Assembly (NCBI RefSeq): GCF_009914755.1
Contig: NC_060930.1
Source: the human T2T-CHM13v2.0 reference genome, Homo sapiens
DNA length: 64,000 nt
Reading direction: 5' to 3' (one strand)
This document shows, in pieces, positions 12,744 to 31,435 of the stretch (positions are counted from its first letter, which is position 1; every line of letters starts with the position of its first letter). The notes beneath the pieces were generated by a model, which saw only the letters and a program-made list of their open reading frames with translations, was not told where the DNA came from and made no database searches. Made by a program: the position numbers and the translations under genes.

Positions 12744-13111
12744 CATTCCTTGGGTGATTTCAGAGTTGAATGCAAGAGAAGGTACACAGAATTTACATAT
12801 AACAGCTACAAGAAAATGGGCTCTGTCCTGATGCCTGAGACTCTGTAGGACATGGTTTCACATTCTTGCCTTGGATTGTACCTCCTGGTCCACCAAGGAA
12901 AAAGTGATGGTAATACCCGAAGAATACTGAGTGCCTTAGGAAAGCCTGGGTGTCTGTAAACCAGTTTGTCCGTTCAATAGTTCCAAACTCAAAGAGAAAA
13001 AGTTAAAACAAAACAAAACCTTTCTTCATGAGAGGAACTGAGCAAAGACAGGTTGCATGTGAATACACACCAGGCTAAAATAATTCTTGTGAATCAGACA
13101 CAGTGAAATTT

Positions 13112-13240
13112 AGCCAGGTGCAGTGGCTCATGCCTGTAATCCCAGCAGGTGGATCACTTGAGCCCAGGAGTTCAAGACAACCTTGGACAATATAGTGAGA
13201 CCTCATCTCTACAAAAAAAAATAAAAATAAAAATAAAACA
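13112..13240 (+). mobile_element. FLAM/Alu left monomer
   Basis: gccaggtgcagtggctcatgcctgtaatccc...A-tail. Confidence 0.8.
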
Positions 13241-14576
13241 TTATTAATAAAGAAATTAATTCACTCATTTTTCCATCTCTCCTGCCCTGGCATGTCCATG
13301 GGTTTGTTTAATCTTGGCAAATTTTAAACAGAATACTCCTGAATTAAGGGGAATTAAGCTGCCAAAGGAAATATTTAATCAAAACTTTGTAAAATTTTCT
13401 AATTGGTACAGAAAGTATCCAAAACCCAAAACCAGCATTTGTTCTATCAATTCACATAGCCAAGAATGTCTTAGGTTCCTTACAGATTCATGTTCACCAT
13501 GGTTTTCTGTGAGTTTGCTTATGTTGAATGTGAGGAATACATCGAAGTATTAAAAAGACAGAGTAAAGTTCATCACCTTTAAATTAACCTAAAAACTCTA
13601 TTAGTGATGTATAAGGAATATATTTTGTATATTTATTCCAAACGTCTTAAAAATAAACTATCAATCAGAAGTTATGAGCAAATCAAAGGGAACCAAATTA
13701 TTAGGCTAAATCATAGTAAACATAGGCTTTCTTTGAAAATCCAATTTTCATTTATAAAATGCTAATCTATTCTAAAGAGCAAAAAGTATTTTCAAACACA
13801 ACAACACTCCCACCCTCTTTTGATTCCAGTGACTGAAAATCCCCCACTTCAATCAGAATTGTATAAGTTGATCTAAATCATGCAGCCCAGGGGGAGCACA
13901 GAAGCTCTTCTCTGCCTTCTGACCTGAGAGTGCAGGCAGCCAAAAGGCTGTGAATAAAACATGCTCTGCTCTTCCAGTGTGCTTTTTCTGTTTCTCACAT
14001 TTTAAAACGTCCCATTACTGCAATGATTTTGCAAATGTGATTTCCATTATTACTCCATAATGCATCCAATATTATTGTTATTATAAAGCACTAAACATTG
14101 CTGAATAGGATATGCCACTTTTAAGATTCTAATATCAGCTTTCAACAATTATGCCACTAAAAATCATACAAATTATTAGATGGGAATAATCAAGTGCCGA
14201 TCCTAATACAGTTAGGATAAATCAGGTTTGTGGAGAAAAACAACTTAAGGTTAACTCCCAGAAAACTCTGGAATAAGCGAAGACATTCTTGGGTAGAAAG
14301 GTCTCAAAGAAAGAAGGTGAAACAACTTAATTGGTATGATTTCCAGTGTATTAAAGGGGTCCTCCTATCAAAAATTATCTCCTTTTCCTTGTACCTGAAA
14401 TATCCAATCAATTGACTTTCACAAACCTTTTGAAGAAATGAGAATTTTCATTTTTAACTGGATTAAGACCTGATGCCATCTGGCAGCTTCCTCATCATAG
14501 GCACAAGTTTATCCCTGTGATCATCCACCCAGAACTGCAGAGATTCGAGGAAAGGGGAGGAAGAGGCATGGGTGCT

Positions 14577-15012
14577 TGTATCCATTTCCAAGGGCTGCCG
14601 TAACAAAAGACCATGGATTGGGAGGTTTAAATAACAGAATTGTGTTGTCTCACAGTTGTGAAGACTAGAATTCCAAGATCAAGTGTCCCTCTGAGAGCCA
14701 TGAGAGAGAATGTGTCCTGTGCTGCTTGCCTGGCTTCCCGTGGCTTGCTAGCAATCTTCAACATTCCTTGGCTCCTGCATCACCTGATCTCTGCCTTCAT
14801 CTTCACATGGTGTTCTCTCTGTGTGTCCAAATTTCCTCTTTTTATAAGGACATCAGTCAGATTGGAATAGGGACCACCTTCCTCCAGTATGACCTCATTT
14901 TAACGAATTACATCTAGAACCACACTATTTCCAAATAAGGTCACATTCTGAGGTATGAAGGTTTAGAATTTCAACATATTAATTTGGGGGAGACACAATT
15001 CAACCCATAACA
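14577..15012 (-). mobile_element. MLT1C-type MaLR LTR
   Basis: tgtatccatttccaagggctgcc...acacaattcaacccataaca; TSD gtgct/gtgtt. Confidence 0.82.
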
Positions 15013-15977
15013 GTGTTTGGGGTAGCTTTTGCAATAGGGCTTTTGCAATGTGTTTAGGAGCCAATTCCCAGGGCCAATAGTTAGGAAAAGCGCCCTACTC
15101 CAGAGATCCAAGGGCCAGCAACCATCTTAGACAATTACGGTTATCACTCTGACTAATGGATAAGTCCTTACATCAGCCAACACTGACTGCTCTGACCTCG
15201 CCAAGTGCCAAACCCAAGGCAGGTCAACAAGTTTCCAAAGCCAGTTGAAACCACCATCGTGAAACCCCTCTACTTCATGCCTTGGTTCCTTCTCAGCCAC
15301 ATGATCAGGCCCAGTAGGGGCACTTTGTCTTTGGCCCCCTCCCATTCCCTATATGGGAACTCATTCAGACTACTCAATATCCTCACATCTACAGTTTCTA
15401 ATCTGAGCCTTTTCCCCTTTAAGAGGGCTCTCAAGCAAAACACGTAGATTCTACGACATGCCTGCTGGCCTGCAGAGGGCAAAAATGCAACACCTTTTAA
15501 GTAAAGCCTAGCTCTGGGAGTCACAAACGTCACTTCCACTGCATTCCATTGGTCAAGCAAATTGCAAGTCTAGCGCGCATTCAAGGGGAGGTGAAATAGA
15601 CTCCAGCCCTTGAGAGGAGGAGTGGCATACACAGAAAGGGGAAGAGAAGTTATTCATGGCTAAATTTGCAAACAATTGACCCTAGTAATTAAAAGCAATA
15701 TTACTTTATCTAAATCCATAAATCAACTACAGTAGTACAGTGGACTGGAACTTTTACTGGACACAAATAATACTCCAGAAAAAATGAATAATAAAGCCTT
15801 TATTCATCAGAATGTTTTTAAAGATGGAATATTAATAAAACATGGCATCTGTTATTAGATTTGGTTTTACTTGACAGTTGACATAGAACCTGGGATATTC
15901 AATGGATTAAGATGACTAATAAAGAAAATAATAAATAGGACAAGTAAAGTAAATATTTGTAAGTCTTAGTTAGATAT

Positions 15978-16999
<1,022 letters not shown>

Positions 17000-17185
17000 A
17001 ATCTAAAACAGGTATTTTTGCTATGCTCTATTTAGAGGCAACCACTATCTCCATAAGCATTTTTACAATACATCCTTTTACTATTATGGCAGCCTGTAGT
17101 GTCTCCTCTATAGTTAATGGCTAACTCTGGTTTTAGCTAGTAAAAGTGTGAGCCATCAAATTAATTGGAGGTGAGTCACAGAGAC

Positions 17186-17896
17186 TGTAGTAGGTATTAT
17201 TTTCCAAAGATGTAACACCATTATCTCCCATCTAACATGATTTTCTGCATGTGGCCTTGACACCCCCACCACTGAGACATGGGATCAACCTATGTGGTCA
17301 CACAGGGCCCCAAGCCTAGAAAGGCTTCATGCTTGATTTAACACTCTGCTGTCACTGTCTTAAAATTCTTCACTAGTTTTGAACAAGAGACCCCTCATTT
17401 TTATTTTGCACTAGGCCCCACAAATTATGTAGCCCATCCTCCAGAATTGTGATGAGCTGTGAATGACTGATTGACTAACACAGTCTGGTAGAAGTGATTC
17501 TAAGTGGCGTTCAAGCGTAGGCCGTAAAGGGTGATGCAGCTTCTACTTTGCTCAAGAGTATATTCATTCCTGAAAACTTTGGCCCTCAGGAAAGGTGTCT
17601 GACTGCCCCGAGGCGGTACTGCTATGAGAAAATCCAAACTAGCCTTTGCAGAGAGACCAATAAAGAGGTCCTGAGTCAATAGGAATAGAGAGAGAGAGAT
17701 GTCTGGCCAACCCCAGCTGCTGCAAGCCTTCAACTGGCTTCAACTGCATGAGAGACCCTGAGCCAGAAGCACCCAGCAAAGCCCTTCCCAAAACTCTGCC
17801 CCACATAAACTACGAGAGAGCATCAAAGGATCAATTGTTGGGTTAAAAAGCTAAGCTTGGGGGCTAATTCATTATGCAGCAATAGATAACTAGAAC
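17186..17896 (+). mobile_element. Old MLT1 (G/H-type) LTR interrupted by a MER45A-like hAT element (~17285-17440)
   Basis: Ends in gcagcaatagataactagaaca; MER45 terminus ttttgcactaggccccacaaattatgtagc. Confidence 0.7.
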
Positions 17897-18795
17897 AGAG
17901 ACTAAGTGCTATTCATGAAAATCTTTTTTTAAAAAGGTAAAAGTTACTTGTATTGTGTCAAGTACTATATATTCTAAAGCTGTGAGTTCTAGAAATTAAT
18001 ATGCATTTAACCAAAAAATATTTTCTTATAAAAGCAATACATGGTCATTATTTAAAAATTAAAATCATAGATAAACAAAAAAAGAAGTAAAATACCTATA
18101 ATCCAGAATTTTAAAACAGTTTACTTCTGAACTCCCAAACATTTTTCTTTGCTGTAAACACACACGTACACATGCACACACAAACACACAAGACAAATTC
18201 TAACACACGAGCATAACTGAAACACACATTTTCTACAAAATTGAAATTATCCTATGTTTTCAAATCTGCTTTTTAACATAACAGACTATGAATATATTTC
18301 CATGTCAATAAATTTTCCTCTAAAATTTTCTCTCAAACAGAGTCCCTCAGAGCTTTCAGAATCTGAAGGAGGTGACTGCAGGTCCCCAGGAGGGGTGAGG
18401 AGGATGGCAAGTGGGTGAAGGTCCAGACCTCAACTCAAGAGCAGCTCCCCTTTGATCTCCTTGACATATTTGGAATCCCTCACAAATTTGCATTTGGGAA
18501 AAGAGCTCTCCTGCTTAAAAAAAATATGAAAGCCTCTATCAATAATTTATTCTTAACAGCTTTTGTAATGATTTAATTTATTTAATCAGTCCTCCTTCTG
18601 GTGGCCATATAGATATTTTCCCAAATGGATGATGTTACAAACTGATGTTATCAACAAACTGGGCAACTAAGTTTGTGTGTGTGTTCTGTCATTTTGTAAA
18701 ACAGAATTCTGAAAAGAAGTGTTGTAAATGAGTTCATATTTTAAGAATTGTTATTTATTTGGCCACATCATCTAGTTATTTATGAATATTTTTTA

Positions 18796-19122
<327 letters not shown>

Positions 19123-21794
19123 AAAATTTGAATTATCATCAATTCCCTACCACCCCAACAAATCAACATTCATTCTCCATATTCATTACAGTTTGGGTCA
19201 ATATTCAATCACAATTTTAAAATAATTACATCAATACAACTTCTTGCTTTTTAGTCTACTGGTGAAAAGTTGTTATTTAATGATAAAATATATCTAGGTT
19301 TTTATATATCAAGTTTACTTAAAGTGTACCTGCAAAACTAGAAGCTAAATGCATTAGAAAGAGGGTCTTGTTGTTGTAGAAAAATAGAATAAATTAATCT
19401 ATTGTGAATGTGAACAAGAATAGTAAAAGTCTTTTTGAGAGCCTTAGACTTTAAACACCCTAAATCAGTTTCAATTATCACTGTCAACTGGCAGAAATGT
19501 AACGGTACAAGACTTCTGCTATCACTAGGGAAGAAAGAGATGAGGTTTGCCCTACAGATTATGAGAAATATGAAGGGTCACTCTAAGCTAATGTAGGACC
19601 AATTCTGAACTAATAATAAAATAAAATAATTTTATGTAGTAATTAGCTCACAAAAATGACTCCTGCAGGGAACAACACTCTACAAATGAATTAAAAAGGA
19701 AATGAGGAAAACATTTACAAGCAAAGGCTCTTTTTTTCTGGCCAGATATGGAGCTTGATGAAATAATCCAACCTGAGACTGCTGAGCAAGAATCTCCTGA
19801 GCTGGGTGAGGTGATAGAATACACAGCCTAGAAACCCAAGTCAGGGACAGATGATGGGTGAGCTGGTGACCAGCCAAGATGTCAGAGGTCAGCAGGGTGA
19901 TTCCTATGCAACAGCAAAGAACTAAGCAGGAACCAAGCAGCACAAACGTAGGCAGGACTGAGGCGGTAGCAAGGGACCTGACCGAGGGCAGAGTCAGGCA
20001 GAAGGGCAATGGCAGAACCACGGACAGCTCCCGGCAGCTGCTTTTCTGTCTTCATTTCTACCCTACTTCCCTGGGCAGCTGAAAACAAATCTCTGATCTT
20101 AAGATCAGAACTCAATGCCTTAAAGTTACATTACCTGGTTAATTTATTTGCAAGTGTTCCAAAGTATTTTTGGAAGGAGATGGGACATAAAACTCAGACA
20201 TCTATAAATGATTCCTAAATGAATAGATGTATAAACAAATAACCCAAGTAAACATCCAAATAAAATCTTCAGGAAGACATGTTCTTGGGGTTCAGTGGGA
20301 GAATCTTTGCCCTTAGATGGTGGGACTGGGTCAACCTCAGAGCATGCTGGAGCCAGTAATGTGACTTAGGCAAGAAAAGAAAGAAAAAAAAACAGCCCCA
20401 ATGCAAAAAGCAAGCACTAATTTAGAGGGACACAAAACAAACGCATTTGGTATTTAGTTTTTGCTTGTGTTTTAAGCATATACTAAAATATAAGTGAGAA
20501 GAAACTAGGAATAAAAATAATGAAAGAATCAGCAGTGAGTGGGGTCAAGTGTTAGAAGCCAGAAATGAGAGGGGGTGAGAAAACATTAAGAAGTCTCGGG
20601 ATGTGTGTGCACACACATGTGCATACACACACACACAACACACACACATGACTGAGGAATGCAGCTTTGAAAAATATATACAGGAAATTATTTTTACCAC
20701 TGAGCCTAGCTTCACCTCAGACTTTAGTATCACCTCTAATTAAACAATCTCCAAGTCTCAACTTTCCCTCCCTGGTCATATAAGATATGAGTCCCAGTGC
20801 TGCAGTTAACCCCAGCACGACTCATGCTAGACCTGTCAGAGTCAACTTGATGTCCTCCATTTCTGAACCCCATGCAGAGTTCTAGCAAAGTAGGTAGCAT
20901 GGTCACTCTTGTGTTGATCTTTTGATTTCCTTACCTGGGCTGTAAGTTCCTTTAGGGCAGGAATCTAACTCCTTGTTGGGTATCAAGTTCCTATCAGAGG
21001 TCCTGGCTCACAGCAGGTATGATATCCTATCAGATAACGAGTCCCACCTATTCTGCCTCCATAACACCCTCCCCCTGGCCTTCCATCCTCCACCTCTGTG
21101 ATCACCTTGCTTCAGACCTCACTGATGGAAAGAGAGGAGACAAGAGAGGTCAAGGGTTGGGAGTTAGGAATAACAGCAGTTATCAATTCCATTCTCCCAC
21201 AGGGCACAAATGTTGTGTTCGGGTCTTGATTTTCAACTCTTTATGCACACGACACTTAGCCAAATGTAATTCTTTGTCATTCCTCAAAATGCCACTAAAA
21301 CCTTTCTGCCCATTTCTCTATTCATGTCACTTCCTTTTTGTGTGCCCGTTTCTCTATTCATGTCACTTCCTTCTTGTGGAACACCAGGAATTTCTGCTGG
21401 TCATCTCCCCCTCTGACAGCATACAGGGCACCACAACTGCCCTTCAAGTACAGGCTGCACTGCATCAAGAAATTTGCATTGTTGGATTTTTCTAAAACTC
21501 TTATCACCATGATCTAAAGCAGGGGCAATAATCTGAGAGAAGATGACTTAACATAAATTCTGACAGGACTTGGAAATAGATACAAATTGGTTTTATCTTA
21601 TGGAATATTTCATTAGCATTAAACTACAAGGCTCCCATCTCAAATATGTTTTCTAGTTAAATGAGATCAACACTGAAATAAGGAAATGGATAATATCAAT
21701 ATTTAATTCTCCAAATGGCATTCAGTTTTTTATTTTGTTGTGGGTGTGTACAAGGAAGTGAACTGTTCCTAAACTGGAATGTTTAGGAAAGCCA

Positions 21795-22160
21795 CTGAGC
21801 TGCTCTCCTGTACAGTAGAAGCTTACCACATATGGCCATTTTAATTTTAATTAATTCATTAAAATTAAATCAAATTAAAATTAATTTCTCTGCCACATTT
21901 CAAGTGCTCAATAGCCATATATGGCTAGTGGCTACCATACTGGATGGTGCAGCCACAGGACATCTACATTACCACACAAAGTTCTACTGGACTGTGCCAC
22001 TCAGAGGATCACACACAGCAGCATCACCGAGATGGCTCGTAAAAACACAGTTTCTCACTCAGTAGATCTGAAGTGGAGCCTAAGTACTTGTGTTTCTACT
22101 AAGAGCCCAGCTGCCGATGATGCTGCTGGTACAACGACCACACTTTGTGAATCACTAGCC
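21795..22160. mobile_element. MER3/MER33-like and MER5A-like hAT fragments
   Basis: gccacatttcaagtgctcaatagccatatatggctagtggctacc; gatgctgctggtacaacgaccacacttt. Confidence 0.65.
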
Positions 22161-23241
22161 TTGGCTGATAACACCAGGTGAGCTTTTCATGGTGTATGCG
22201 CACAGCACTCAGCCTCAGCCCATGATCAGATGCAGAAAATATCCACATGCTGGTAATCTTTGGCCTTGGAAGGTATAAGATAGTTTTCTAACCAGCTGCT
22301 TTCTTAATTATGATATAATGAGGTTGGAATATCCTAAACACATGCCAAGGTTTCAGCGAGGCTTATAGTCTCTGGAACTGTGTGCAAAAATGTATGTCTG
22401 TGCACATAAGCACTTTTCTAAGAACAGTGTGGTGGCTGGGGCCTTGACTCTCAGGCAGGTTGTTTAGACCCTCAGTGATTCAGAGTAAAACAATAGGACC
22501 CATATCATCCATATCATTGGGCTGTGTTGAGGCTAAACAAGAAATGCACCATGCACAGAACCTAACACAGAGTAAGAGTGCCATCAGTGTTAGCTGTTGT
22601 TATTTTCACTCATTCTCCATAATCCAAAAAATATTAAGATGGTCTGATTTAAGTTACTATCAAAATGTGCCTTCTGTGAATAACAGCAGCTATATTTTGG
22701 GAGGTGTCTCAGAGGCAAAATTAAAATTTGGTACAAGAAATATACAGAAGTATCTCAAACATGATAGCCAAAAGCCATCTATATAAGTACATTAGCAGAT
22801 GAAATTGAAAACAGTTTCTTCAACTGCATTTACATCTGACAAGAGGCAAAAGAGGTATATATTCCTTATGCCTTATACTGGACCTTATGCTTGATAATTA
22901 TTTATTTTTGAATACCTAGCCTCTATCACACTATAGGCACTTGGCAGGTGCTCAAAAATATTTGGTAGATGGATGGGTGGGTGGGTGGATGAATGGATGT
23001 ATGGACAAACAGACCAGATGGAGAGGTAGATAGGTGGATGGGTGGATAGGTGGATGGTTAAATGGACCTCACAGGTTCTGGGTTATGGAAGATTAGAGCC
23101 AGTAGGGACTTTGTGAAAATCTGATCCAACTCCTTATTTAACACATAAAACCAAATAATATACTCAAGATCACAAAGTAATTAATTAGTGATAGGGATTC
23201 CACATCCCAAACATCATTCCTCTGCTCTGAGTCTTAGATGC

Positions 23242-23245
<4 letters not shown>

Positions 23246-23279
<34 letters not shown>

Positions 23280-23310
23280 CAAAACAAAACAAAAGAAAAC
23301 AAAACAAAAC
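23246..23310. repeat. (CA)n followed by (AAAAC)n
   Basis: Direct inspection. Confidence 0.9.
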
Positions 23311-24463
23311 ACAGCTTTGAGGCAAGTCTGCAACTCTAAGTCTTCATTCTCCTTGGAAGTTAAGGGCTAGCTAGGTAAACTTAAAGACAGCCACAATATT
23401 TTAGAAAGAATCACAGTCCCTCTTTTCCCCCAATATCTTTTGAAAGTTAATATCCCTTGATAGGAAAAGCTCCAGTCTACAGCTCCCAGAGTGAGCGATG
23501 CAGATGATGAATGATTTCTGCATTTCCAACTGAGCTACCGGGTTCATCTCACTGGGGACTGTCAGACAGTGGGTGCAGGACAGTGGGTGCAGCATACCAA
23601 GTGTGAGCCAAAGCAGGGTGAGGCATCGCCTCACCCGGGAAGCACAAGGGGTCAGGGAATTCCCTTTCCTAGCCAAGGAAAAGGGTGACAGACGGCACCT
23701 GGAAAATCAGGTCACTCCCACCCTAATACTGAGCTTTTCTGACAGTCTTAGCAAACGGCACACCAGGAGATTATATCCCACGCCTGGCTCAGAGGGTCCT
23801 ACACCCATGGAGCCTTGCTCATTGCTTGCACAGCAGTCTGAGATCAAACTGCAAGGCAGCGGTGAGGCTGGGGGAGGGGCACCCACCATTGCCGAAGCTT
23901 GAGTAGGTAAACAAAGCGGCCAGGAAGCTTGAACTGGGTGGAGCCCACCACAGCTGAAGGAGGCCTGCCTGCCTCTGTGGACTCCACCTCTGGGGGCAGG
24001 GCATAGCCAAACAAAAGGCAGCAGAAACCTCTGCAGACTTAAATGTCTCTGTCTGACAGCTTTGAAGACAGTAGTGGTTTTCCTAGCATGCAGCTTGAGA
24101 TCTGAGAACGGACAGACTGCCTCCTCAAGTGGGTCCCTGAACCCCAAGTAGCCTAACTGGGAGGCATCCCCCAGTAGGGGCAGACTGACACCTCACACGG
24201 CTGGGTACTCCTCTGAGACAAAACTTCCAGAGGAAGATCAGGCAGCAACATTGGCTGTTCACCAATAATCACTGTTCGGCAGCCTCCACTGTGGATACCC
24301 AGGCAAACAGGGTCTGGAGTAGACCTCTGGCAAACTCCAACAGACCTGCAGCTGAGGGTCCTGACTGTTAGAAGGAAAACTAACAAACAGAAAGGACATC
24401 CACACCAAAACCCCATCTGTACGTCACCATCATCAAAGACCAAAGGTAGATAAAACCACAAAG

Positions 24464-25481
24464 ATGGGGAAAAAACAGAGCAGAAAAACTGAAAATTCTA
24501 AAAGTCAGAATGCCTCTCCTCCTCCAAAGGAACGCAGCTCCTCACCAGCAATGGAACAAAGCTGGACGGAGAATGACTTTGACGAGCTGAGAGAAGAAGG
24601 CTTCAGACAATCAAACTTCTCCGAACTAAAGGAGGAAGTTCGAACCCACGGCAAAGAAGATAAAAACTTTGAAAAAAGATTAGACGAATGGCTAACTAGA
24701 ATAACCAATGCAGAGAAGTCCTTAAAGGACCTGATGGAGCTGAAAACCATGGCACGAGAACTACGTGATGAATGCACAAGCTTTATCAGCTGATTCGATC
24801 AACTGGAAGAAAGGTTATCAGTGATGGAAGATGAAATGAATGAAATGAAGCGAGAAGAGAAGTTTAGAGAAAAAAGAATAAACAGAAACAAACAAAGCCT
24901 CCAAGAAATATGGGACTATGTGAAAAGATCAAATCTATGTCTGAGTGGTGTACCTGAAAGTGACGGGGAGAATGCAACCAAGTTGGAAAACACTCTGCAG
25001 GATATTATCCAGGAGAACTTCCCCAACCAAGTAAGGCAGGCCAACATTCAAATTCAGGAAATACAGAGAAGGCCACAAAGAAACTCCTCGAGAAGAGCAA
25101 CTCCAAGACACATAATCGTCAGATTCACCAAAGTTGAAATGAAGGAAAAAATGTTAAGGGTAGCCAGAGAGAAAGATTGGATTACCCACAAAAGGGAAGC
25201 CCATCAGACTAACAGGTGATCTCTCGGCAGAAACTCTACAAGCCAGAAAAGAGTGGGGGCCAATATTCAACATTCTTAAAGAAAAGAATTTTCAACCCAG
25301 AATTTCATATCCAGCCAAACTAAGCTTCATAAGTGAAGGAGAAATAAAATACTTTACAGACAAGCAAATGCTGAGAGATTTTGTCACCACAAGGCCTGCC
25401 CTACAAGAGCTCCTGAAGGAAGCACTAAACATGGAAAGGAACAACCAGTACCAGCCACTGCAAAAACATGCCAAATTGTAA
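24464..25481 (+). pseudogene. L1 ORF1, disrupted
   Basis: Starts MGKKQSRKTENSK; premature TGA at 24791-24793; frameshift near 25190. Confidence 0.9.
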
Positions 25482-25544
25482 AGACCATCAAGGCTAGGAA
25501 GAAACTGCATCAACTAATGAGCAAAATAACCAGCTAACATCATA

Positions 25545-29373
<3,829 letters not shown>

Positions 29374-29584
29374 ACAATGAGAACACATGGACACAGGAAG
29401 GGGAACATCACACACTGGGGCCTGTTGTGGGGTGGGGGTAGTGGGGAGGGATAGCATTAGGAGATATACCTAATGTAAATGACAAGTTAATGGGTGCAGC
29501 ACACCAATATGGCACATGTATACACATGTAACAAACCTGCATGTTGTGCATATGTACCCTAAAACTTAAAGTATAATAAAAAAG

Positions 29585-29586
29585 GA

Positions 29587-29648
<62 letters not shown>
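29585..29648 (+). repeat. (GAAA)n microsatellite derived from the L1 poly-A tail
   Basis: About 16 GAAA units inside the TSD boundaries. Confidence 0.92.
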
Positions 29649-29649
<1 letters not shown>

Positions 29650-29844
29650 TTAATATCCCTCTATGCCAAGAATCTCTCTGCACCAGGAGTGCCCAGAAAA
29701 GCACAACTGGTGTTTTCTAAATTAACTTCTGATCAATACCAGTTTGCACATTAATACAAATTCAGATCCTATGAAATGTACTGAGGAAAGCATTTTATAA
29801 AATAAAGAAAACAGCAATACATACCGTGGTTTAAAGGCAAATAT

Positions 29845-30730
29845 AGCATGGCAGGACTGTTGCTTGCCCACGTATCCATTCTTCCTTCTTCTTCAACAAC
29901 AAAACCCTGACTTCTAGCTGACCTCAATGCTGCGCAGACAAATGACTATATTTTCTAGTTTCTTTATGACTGTGTGGTCATGTAACTAAAATCTGAGCAA
30001 TAAGATATAAGTAAAAGTGTCATGTGGGATTTCTAGAAAGTTTCCTTAAAGGAAAAGGCTATACTTAGTGCTTCCTCCATCATTTCAACTGGAGTGAGGA
30101 TGTAATGGCTGGAGCTCCAGCAGTAATATTGAACCATAAGAAGAAGGATTATATGCCAGGGGAGGAGGTAGGGAGAGCTGGATGGAACTTGGGTTCTTGA
30201 TGACTCTGGAGTCTCCTTACAAGATTTGTACTACCTCCCTCCAGAGTTCTTTTATGTAAGAGAAGGAAGAAAATTTTTCTTTTTTATTCCTCCTCCTCTT
30301 CCTCTTCCTCCTCCTCCTCCTCCTTCTTCCTCTTCCTCCTCCTCCTCCTCTTTCTTCTTCTTCTTCTTCACAGGTTCTTGCTCTGCCAACCAGGCTGGAG
30401 TGTGGTGGTACAGTCACAGCTCACTGCAATCTCAAGCTCCTGAGCTCAAGTAATCCTCCTACCTCAGCCTCCAGAGTAGCTGGGACTATAGGTGCATACC
30501 ACCACACCAGGCTCTTTTTAAAACAATTTTTTTGTAGAGATGGGGTCTTATTATATTACCCAAGCTGGTCTTGAACTCCTGGCATCAAGCGATCCTCCCA
30601 CCTCAAACTCCCAAAATGCTGCAATTACAGGTATGAGCCACTGTGTCTGGCAGGAAAAAAAAAATGCTTCTATTTTTAAACTACTGTTACTTTTTTTCAC
30701 ATGCAACTCAACCTAATCTGAAATACATCC
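29845..30730 (+). mobile_element. Old MLT1 (I/J/K-type) LTR interrupted by AluJ
   Basis: gatgtaatggctggagctccagcagtaatattgaaccat motif; boundaries approximate. Confidence 0.55.
30275..30652 (-). mobile_element. AluJ whose tail has become a (CCT)n/(CTT)n repeat (30288-30369)
   Basis: Alu dimer at 30370-30652 preceded by a trinucleotide pyrimidine tract. Confidence 0.85.
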
Positions 30731-31435
30731 AACATATTCTAGTATTCTCGGCTACTTATTGAGTGATATCCACATTAGAAACATTATTGGGATTTCAAAG
30801 CTTTTGTAAAGAAGTGGTTAGTGGATGTGCGATAGACCAATAATCTGTGTCTTTTGAAGGTTAAAGTTCCCACCTAAACGTCTACTGTTCTTATTTAGCA
30901 CTGCCAAATTGGTAAGCAATTTTCTAATTCTGGGATCTCTATTCTTTGGCTAGATTCCCTACATCCTTCCCTCTTGCCTCCTCCTCCTTTCCTCCAGGAT
31001 CATGGCAGTTCTCCTGCGACAGTTCTCATGACCACCACACTGTCCTATCCCTCCTCTCTTACTCTAGAAATCTACAATGCTTAGCAAAACTGGGCTGCAA
31101 AATCATACTTGGTCACTTCCTTTGGGCTGAAAAATCTCAGTTTGAGGCAGCATGTTCACAAAGTTAGATGTCCTCTTCATCTATTCATTTGAAATTCTGG
31201 AATATACTTAAGCAGCCAGATACTGACATTATTTTGACCAGCCAAAGGACTTTAATGAAAGCATAGATTATTTTTCTTGAAGAAGCAGAGCAAAATGTAA
31301 TCAGGACCTCAAGTAGAACAAGAAAACAAAAACATCCTTAGTCTCATAATGCTCTCATAGTAACGTTCACTTTTAACAATTTTAAGTTGAATGTGTCAAG
31401 TCTTTAACCTGAAAAAAAAAGCTGTAAGTTATAAT

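Noticed and set aside
21019-21495. 158-aa plus-strand ORF
   Set aside because: No recognisable domain; includes an in-frame 36-bp duplication; chance ORF.
23707-23889. In-frame ORF0-METTL24 fusion protein
   Set aside because: The first ORF0 donor is GC and phase 1; joining it to ATTGAC gives GAT TGA, an immediate stop. The other donors lie after the premature ORF0 stop.
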